Positions 55,806 through 64,000 of a stretch of 64,000 nucleotides of DNA are shown one piece after another (the stretch's first letter is position 1; the number at the start of each line of letters is the position of its first letter). A program made the translations under genes and the position numbers. The stretch is taken from assembly GCA_951406725.2 (NCBI GenBank), contig OX597838.1, positions 22,072,001 through 22,136,000 of the forward strand, in the 5' to 3' direction. A model generated the notes under the pieces. It was not told where the DNA came from. It ran no database searches and saw only the letters and a program-made list of their open reading frames with translations. Source of the DNA: Octopus vulgaris. Taxonomy: Eukaryota.

Positions 55806-56958
55806 GGCAGAAACGTTAGCACGCCAGGCGAAACGCTTAGCGGTATTTCGTCTGCCGCTACGTTCTGAGTTCAAATTCCGCCGAGGTCGACTTTGCCTTT
55901 CATCCTTTCGGGGTCGATAAATTAAGTACCAGTTACGCACTGGGGTCGATGTAATCGACTTAATACCTATGTCTGTCCTTGTTTGTCCCCTCTGTATTTA
56001 GCCCCTTGTGGGTAATAAAGAAATAGGTATTTCGTCTGTCGTTACGTTGTGAGTTCAAATTCCGCCGAGGTCGACTTTGCCTTTCATCCTTTCGGGGTCG
56101 ATAAATTAAGTACCAGTTACGCACTGGAGTCGATGTAATCGACTTAATACCTATGTTGTCCTTGTTTGTCCCCTCTATGTTTAGCCCCTTGTGGGTAATA
56201 AAGAAATAGGTATTTCGTCTGCCGCTACGTTCTGAGTTCAAATTCCGCCGAGGTCGACTTTGCCTTTCGGGGTCGATTAAATTAGTACCAGTTACGCACT
56301 GGGGTCGATATAATCGACTTAATCCGTTTGTCTGTCCTTGTTTGTCCCCTCTGTGTGTAGCCCCTTGTGAGCAGTAAAGAAATAGGTATTTCATCTGTCT
56401 TTACGTTCTGAGTTCAAATTCCGCAACGGTCGACTTTGCCTTTCATCCTTTCGGGGTCGATTAAATAAGTACGAGTTACGCACTGGGGTCGATATAATCG
56501 ACTTAGTCCCTTTGTCTGTCTTTGTTTGTCCCCTCTATGTTTAGCCCCTTGTGGGCAAGAAAGAAATAAGAAACGTTAGCACGCCGGGCGAAATGCGTAG
56601 CCGTATTTCGTCTGCAGTTACGTTCTGGGTTCAAATACCGCTGAGGTCGACTTTGCCTTTCATCCTTTCGGGGTCGATAAATTAAGTACCAGTTACGCAC
56701 TGGGGTCGATGTGATCGACTTAATCCGTTTGTCTGTCCTTGTTCGTTTCCTCTGTGGTTAACCCCTTGTGGGTAGTAAAGAAATAGAAATAGGTATTTCG
56801 TCTGTCTTTACGTTCTCAGTTCAAACTCTACCGAGGTCGACTTTGCTTTTCATCATTTCGGGGTCGATACATTAAGTACCCGACGCGTACTGGGGTCGAT
56901 GTTATCGACTAGCCCCCTCCACTAAAATTCGGGCCTTGTGCCTAGAGTGGAAAAGAAT
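55806..56958 (+). mobile_element. Head-to-tail array of six SINE-A units (five with tail A2, the last with tail A1)
   Basis: Unit bodies start at ggtattt at 55842, 56026, 56209, 56385 and 56792, and at agaaacgttagc at about 56569; the A2 tail ends aaagaaata. Confidence 0.95.
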
Positions 56959-57104
56959 ACATGTATACATGCGTGCATGAAACTTATAAATGCACATATT
57001 TATTTATATTTGTATATTTATACAATATAAAGATATATATCTGTATATATATATATATGGAGGAAACATATGTAACCTGGATTTCCCCAGCTCCATTCCC
57101 TAAA

Positions 57105-57163
<59 letters not shown>

Positions 57164-57184
57164 ATACAGATATAGATAGACAGA

Positions 57185-57220
<36 letters not shown>

Positions 57221-57408
57221 GATATATATATACATATATATACACACACACACACAAATATATGTATATGTATATTTATATATACACATACGTATATGGA
57301 TATACATACATATGTATACATAAATATAATTTATGAGTGTGCGTGTGCGTGTATGTGGATGTGTATTTATTTGTTTATTTTGTATATATCTACTAAACTT
57401 CCTATTTA

Positions 57409-57447
<39 letters not shown>

Positions 57448-58295
57448 AAATACGTAAGCTCTTTTATGTATAGATTCGTGTATCCTACCAAATATGTACT
57501 GAAGAGAGAGTTCCCCCGCATATACAACCACACACAAACACCTACGAGCATGTTAAACCAGCATGTGCATTCAGTCATTCTGTATGCAGAGTGTGTAAAA
57601 ACTATATTGCCATCAATAAAATAAAGGAAAGATACTACAAAGACAGAGCAACCAAGGACAAAGATGTTTTTTAAAGCTATACGTAGGTTCACAAGTGCTA
57701 TGTAATTGATAGGAACAAAATACAATGTTACTTTCATACGATGAGTACAATCGCGTATTTAAACGCTCACGCATTGTATGCGGCGGCACAAACAGATGAT
57801 GACACACACCTACCTAAACACCCACACATACACACACACACATACACACACACACACGTACACACACACACGCATACACACATACATAACGTTAATGTAC
57901 ATACGTGTGCATTCATTTCTGTACATGCACTTACATATACACACCATACAGATATATATACATATATACACACATACATATATACATGCATACACATATA
58001 TATGCGTGTCTGTATGTGTGTGAGAGACTGTACGAAAATGTATATATATTTTTGTGTGTGTATATAGTTTTTTTGTGTATATGTATTTTTGCGTGTGTAT
58101 ACGTATATTTATGTATGTGTATATATATATATATATATATGTATATATAGACGTATAAGCGTCTGCGCTTACATATATATCATTATGTATGTATATATGT
58201 GTGTGTAAATGTGTATATATGTATATATATATGTGTGTGTGTAAGTATGTACGAAACATCACTGCCACTACCAGTATGAGCAACATATATATATA

Positions 58296-58343
58296 TACCT
58301 GTGGATATATATATATATTATATATATATATAATATACCTGTG

Positions 58344-58378
<35 letters not shown>

Positions 58379-58417
58379 CTGTGAAGATATATATATATAT
58401 ATATATATACCTGTGAT

Positions 58418-58422
<5 letters not shown>
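58296..58422. repeat. Minisatellite of an acctgtg core spaced by (TA)n, four copies
   Basis: acctgtg at about 58297, 58337, 58377 and 58409. Confidence 0.8.
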
Positions 58423-58453
<31 letters not shown>

Positions 58454-58844
58454 ATATATATATATATATATATATATATCCGCAAACGCACTCAAGCACA
58501 CACGAGCACAAGCAGGCAGACACATATGTATTCTTCTGGTGTGTGAATGAACAATATAGAGTGCACCGTTAGGGGAGTTTTTATTGTATAGTAAATGGCA
58601 ATACAGAGATAGAGAAATATCTATTAATGGAAGGACAATATGTTTAGTGTAGAGTGAGATGGAAGTCTAGAATGGACAATGCCTGGGTATATTATCAGTT
58701 TACAATAGAATAATATAATATAATGGTTATATTGGTACCTCTCACTGCTCCTCTCAATGTGCGTTTTTGTAAGTGCGCCATACGCATACGTATGTATGTA
58801 TGTATGTGTGCAAAACTCATACATATACATACATTCAAATATGC

Positions 58845-58905
<61 letters not shown>

Positions 58906-59008
58906 CTTGCATATAGGTGTATGTATCACTTATTTTGCATACGTATGTTTTTTGTTATTGTGTGGGCAAACACACAAACATATACGCATGCATATACATG
59001 CATATGTA

Positions 59009-59064
<56 letters not shown>

Positions 59065-59195
59065 TGTGTGTATGTATATAGATAGATAGGGAGACAGACA
59101 GACAGACAGATATATAGATAGGTTGATAGAGAGAGAGAGAGAGAAAGACAGAGAGACTGAGAGAGAGAGAAAGAGAGACAGACAGATAGACAGAC

Positions 59196-59253
<58 letters not shown>

Positions 59254-59259
59254 TGGTTG

Positions 59260-59299
<40 letters not shown>

Positions 59300-59532
59300 G
59301 TATATATATATATAAATATATATACTCGCATACACGTATAAGTGTGCCTGTGAGTCAGTATGTCCCTATGTATGCATGTATGTGTATGTATGTATGTATG
59401 TATGTATGTATGTATGTATGTATGTATGTATGTATGTATTCATATATGAATGGTCTTCGTCATTTGCGCCTCCCACGCTGTTCAAAGGTGTGCGTTTGAT
59501 GAGCAAAACAAAAAAAAATGCTCAACAAAAAC

Positions 59533-59615
<83 letters not shown>

Positions 59616-60137
59616 CATGGACACATATACACACAGAGGTAAGCGGAAATAAAAAAAATGAAAGAGAGAAATATAAAGAAGAACAACATTAAGAGACGAA
59701 CGGTAAAGATACTGAATGAAAATGGCGAGGAAATGGAAACACGACAGAAAATACTTGTAAGCGTGGATGTTCTTAATCGATTTGTTAGATTAAGAGTGTG
59801 ATAAATTACAGCACAAGAACATATTGAAAGAAATATGGTTTCTTTTAATAATGGTTAAAATGAATAATATATTATAGGAGCAAAGGGTGAAAGAGGAAAT
59901 TTAGACTCGTATTATCCTATAATAGGCCTCAAAGTTTGCACTCGGGAGGATGTGATTGCGGGACAGAGAAATAGAGAGATTTGGAAATAAAGGCGGGAGA
60001 TAGCGAGAATGACTAAGGCATGTATATATATCTGTTTATAAATGTCTGGTTGTGGATGCAAGCCGAGACCCTCCGTATTTGAGTATATATATGAGTGAGT
60101 ATATGTGTGTGAGAATATATATATGTGTATGTGTATA

Positions 60138-60171
<34 letters not shown>

Positions 60172-60207
60172 CATACATATATATAATGTATAGATATATA
60201 TATATAT

Positions 60208-60406
60208 TATTTCTTTACTGCCCACAAGGGGATAAACACAGAGGGGACAAACAAGGACAGACAAACGGATTAAGTCGTTTATATCGATCCCAGTTAAATA
60301 ACTGGTACTTATTTAATCGACCCCGAAAGGATGAAAGGCAAAGTCGACCTCGGCGGAATTTGAACTCGGAACGTAGCGGCAGATGAAATACCGCTAAGCA
60401 TTACGC

Positions 60407-60408
<2 letters not shown>
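60208..60408 (-). mobile_element. Solo SINE-A2 copy in (TA)n
   Basis: tttctttactgcccacaagggg...gaggggacaaacaaggacagacaaacggattaagtcg...gaatttgaactc. Confidence 0.9.
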
Positions 60409-60461
<53 letters not shown>

Positions 60462-60642
60462 AGGGTAACTGTCCGAAATGGTCATGACTTCTGGGACTTG
60501 ATTGAGGAAAGAAGGCCACAAATGACCCGTTTTTTTTCTGTGTGTGTGTTTTGCCTGTCCTTCTAATTGTTGTTTCTCTTGTCCGCCTTTGTGTCGTCTA
60601 TCTGTCCGAACGTTTTAATGCCCTCTATTCCGTTTTTCTTCC

Positions 60643-60695
<53 letters not shown>

Positions 60696-60972
60696 TATAT
60701 ATATTTTTATATATATACTTACATATATAAATGTGCATACACACATACACACACACACACCTATCTATATATATATATACATATATATACATATATATAT
60801 ATGTATGTATGTATGTATCTATGTATGTATGTATGCATGTATATATAGCCGGGACTTTACTTTTAGACATAAATGCATGTACGTATACCTGTGTATATAT
60901 TCATTCGCGTTAACAAAAACACGCCGAACCGATTTCAGTTGGTGAGCCTATTGGTCTCTGTGCACACGAGGT

Positions 60973-61070
<98 letters not shown>

Positions 61071-61178
61071 CCTGTGTGCCTGCGCGCGCATTTGTTTGTG
61101 TACCTGTGGTGACACCTCTGAGAAAGTATGGCCAGTGTATATGTATATATATATATATATATATTTATGTATATATAG

Positions 61179-61263
<85 letters not shown>

Positions 61264-61603
61264 TGCATATATGTATAAGCACGCAATTAAAGGGCATATT
61301 TGCAGCAAGGCCTGCGCATTTAGCAACCGCCAACGTGACGAAACCTGACTTTCAGAGCAACAAATACGTGACAGGTGAACGTGTTGTATTAACAAGTGTT
61401 GTGTTAACCTGTTTCACACTTTGGCAGACATGGTAGATATACGGATCCGATGTTGATACAGTAAAACAATATGCCAAGAGATTTATAGCACAGCAGAACA
61501 GCATGCATCGGGTAGCGAGCGGTTAAAGACCTCAACATCCAAACATAATAAGACGTGCGTACACATACATATGTATGTGTATGTGCATGCATGTATATAT
61601 AAT

Positions 61604-61672
<69 letters not shown>

Positions 61673-61691
61673 ATATATATATACATATATA

Positions 61692-62085
61692 AGCGCAGGC
61701 ATGGTTGTGTGGTAAGAAGCTTGCTTGCCAACCACATGGTTCCGGGTTCTGTCCCACTGCGTGGCACCTTGGGTTAGTGTCTTGCGAGAAGCTTTGGTAG
61801 ATGGAAACTGAAAGAAGCCCGTCGTATATATGTCTATATTTATGTGTGTGTGTGTATGTGTGTGTGTGTATATCTTTGTGTGTCTGTGTTTGTCCCCCCA
61901 ATATCGCTTGACAACCGATGCAGGTGTGTTTACGTCCCCGTAACTTTGCAGTTCGGCAAAAGAGACCGACAGAGTCAGTACTAGGCTTACAAAGAATAAG
62001 TCCTGGGGTCGATTTACTCGGCTAAAGGCGGTGCTCCAGCATGGCCGCAGTGAAATGACTGAAATAATAAAACAGTAAAAGAGTA
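61692..62085 (+). mobile_element. Near full-length SINE-C
   Basis: Head, internal microsatellite and tail present; deletion after ccttggg. Confidence 0.93.
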
Positions 62086-62100
62086 AATATAAGTGTATAA

Positions 62101-62413
62101 ACACTCTGTGAGTTACGACGACGAGTCTTCAAGTTGATCAGATCAACGAATCATGAAATTAACGTGCAAGTGGCTGGGTACTCCACAGACACGTGTACCC
62201 TTAACGTAGTTCTCGGGGAGATTCTACGTGACACAGAGTGTGATGACAAGTCTGACTCTTTGAATAACAGGTACTACTCATTTGTTTGCCAGCTGAATGG
62301 ACTGGAACAAAGTGAAAGAAAGTGTCTTGCTCAAGGACACAACGTGTCGCCGGGAATTGAACTCACGGCCTTGCGATAGTAAGCCGAACAACCTAACAGT
62401 TAAGCCACGCGCC
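62101..62413 (-). mobile_element. SINE with a different tRNA-like head plus CORE-like segment, joined to SINE-B tail type 1
   Basis: Head ggcgcgtggcttaac..gagttcaattccc..gtgtccttgagcaagacacttt; tail ctctgtgtcacg..ccccgagaactacgttaagggtacacgtgtctgtggagt as in 5658-6029. Confidence 0.82.
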
Positions 62414-62754
62414 GTCACAACTCTATGTATGTTACTTCGTTTATGCATTTTGTTTGCAAGATCCATTATGTAAATTTGTTGTCTCTAGGTAGGGTCAATA
62501 CGCCATTAAAAAGAAACACAGGCACTGGTTCAGTACCACTTCTTTATTTTACCAACTAACTAGTCATGTAATTATGGCGATGTAAGGGTCTTACCCACTC
62601 CAAGGAGGTAGTAAGTCCCTTACATCGGTCCCAGTGATCAAGTGATTCTTATTTTATAGACCCCGATAGGCAAACTCGTCTTTGGTGGTATTTGACCTTA
62701 GATCGTGAAGATGGATGCTTTAATCTGACGTCGTATAATAAAAGAAATAAGTTA

Positions 62755-62966
62755 TGGCGCCGATTGGCGGAGTCGTTAGCACGCCGGGTAAAATGCTTAA
62801 CGCCATTTCGTCCGTCGTTACGTTCTGCGTTCAAACTCGACCGCGGTCAGCTTTGTCTTTCATTCGTTTGAGATCGATATAACAACTACCAGTTGTACAC
62901 TGGCGGTAGATGTAAACGATTTACCCATCCCTTAAAACTTCTGGCCTTGTGCAAAGAATAGAAATC
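62755..62966 (+). mobile_element. Diverged SINE-A
   Basis: ttggcggagtcgttagcacgccggg...cgttctgcgttcaaactc...ctggccttgtgcaaagaatagaaa followed by tcattataat. Confidence 0.82.
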
Positions 62967-63203
62967 ATTATAATACGTCAGAAAGTGAGAAACAGTAAGC
63001 AACGAGAAAGAGAAAAAAGACCAGAAAAATAATGATGAAAACGTTTTACACCGATACAATCTCGAAGACATAAGTAACAACTTTGAATTAAATATATCCA
63101 CCTCATCTCGCTTACCTTAGTTCTTTCGAGATAGAATAATTAAATAGAGTAAATATGTTCCATATTTCTCATATAATCTGTCTTAAAAATATAACTAAAT
63201 ATA

Positions 63204-63752
63204 TTGGGTTGTCCGGAAAGTTCGTGCCGAATTTTAAAGGAAAGAAAAAGTTCAATAAATACTTGCCATTAAATTTTTAATCAACCAGATATGAACCATT
63301 TTGTTGCACAATGCGTCTCCATCTTTCCTTTAACTTGAAAATACCCTCTTCCCAGAATTGAGGTGGTTTCAGGGCAAAGAATTCATCAAGGTATCTTTTT
63401 ACGTCATCCAAGGAATTGGAATTTTTACCATTAAGACGATTCTGCAGAGACCTGAATAAGTGGAAATCCAAAGTATGGAGGGTGGGGTAACACATCCCAA
63501 CCGAGCTGCAACAATTTTTGTCTGGTTCCCAAAGCATCAAGTACCGAAAATGAACTTTCTTATCTTCCATTTTAAAGGGTTACAGAATTCATACAGGTTA
63601 TAGGAACATAAATATTCTTCCTCGAAAAGATAGCTTAAACTGTGCTCTAAATGGAGGTGTAGTCAAATTCTATTTTATGGACTCAGCCATGTTCTATAAT
63701 AAGTCGAAAGTTAAGCAACTATAAACCGGCACGAACTTTCTGGGCAACTTAA
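63204..63752 (-). mobile_element. Internally deleted mariner element (549 bp) with both TIRs and TA flanks
   Basis: TIRs ttgggttgtccggaaagttcgtgccg / ccggcacgaactttctgggcaacttaa; ORF 63277..63570 fuses MEDKKVHFRYLMLWE to DFHLFRSLQN..GIFKLKERWRRIVQQNGSY; same family as 12231-12866. Confidence 0.93.
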
Positions 63753-64000
63753 TACTTTAGGACAGATTTTTTTTCTCATTGGCGTTCCTCAAATAAATTT
63801 TGTTTTTAAATTGAAAACATGTTTGCGTCATATTTCCCCATACAATAGTTATTCTCATGTAGCATATTGAGTAAAAAAAAAAAAAGGGAGTGATATGAAA
63901 TGGTTTTCAAATAAACTCTTTTCTAAAATTGCTAATAAGCAATTTTTTTATGCTCGTTTTTCCCCCAAAATTTTCCAAAATTCGGTTATTCTATGAATTC

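Noticed and set aside
55806-56958. CRISPR-like or ordinary satellite interpretation of the 184-bp array
   Set aside because: There are no unique spacers or cas genes, the context is eukaryotic, and the units are SINE bodies found dispersed elsewhere in the window.
63277-63570. Functional transposase CDS
   Set aside because: It is a 97-aa deletion fusion lacking the HTH and the first two catalytic Asp regions.

Overview
Eukaryotic, AT-rich, gene-free DNA, probably intergenic or deep intronic. It most likely comes from an octopus, inferred from the extreme (TA)n/(CA)n/(TAGA)n/(TAA)n microsatellite load and the tRNA-derived SINE families. I found no intact host gene, rRNA, true tRNA gene or CRISPR array; almost all listed ORFs are microsatellite artefacts. 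The window contains: (1) dozens of copies of three tRNA-derived SINE groups (my labels A, B, C) with swapped head and tail modules; (2) fossils of mariner DD34D, maT-like, Tigger/pogo, hAT-like, Merlin-like and possibly Helitron DNA elements; (3) fossils of CR1-like, Tx1-like, HERO-like and Penelope-like (PLE) retroelements; (4) several hammerhead-ribozyme motifs in short PLE-type elements that mostly end in (TA)n, one with a fully canonical core at 48460-48542 on the minus strand. The most notable observations are the hammerhead-carrying elements, a six-unit SINE array that looks like repeated insertion of a SINE into its own family, and (TAA)n-embedded SINE clusters. All calls were made by eye, so boundaries are approximate to a few bases.
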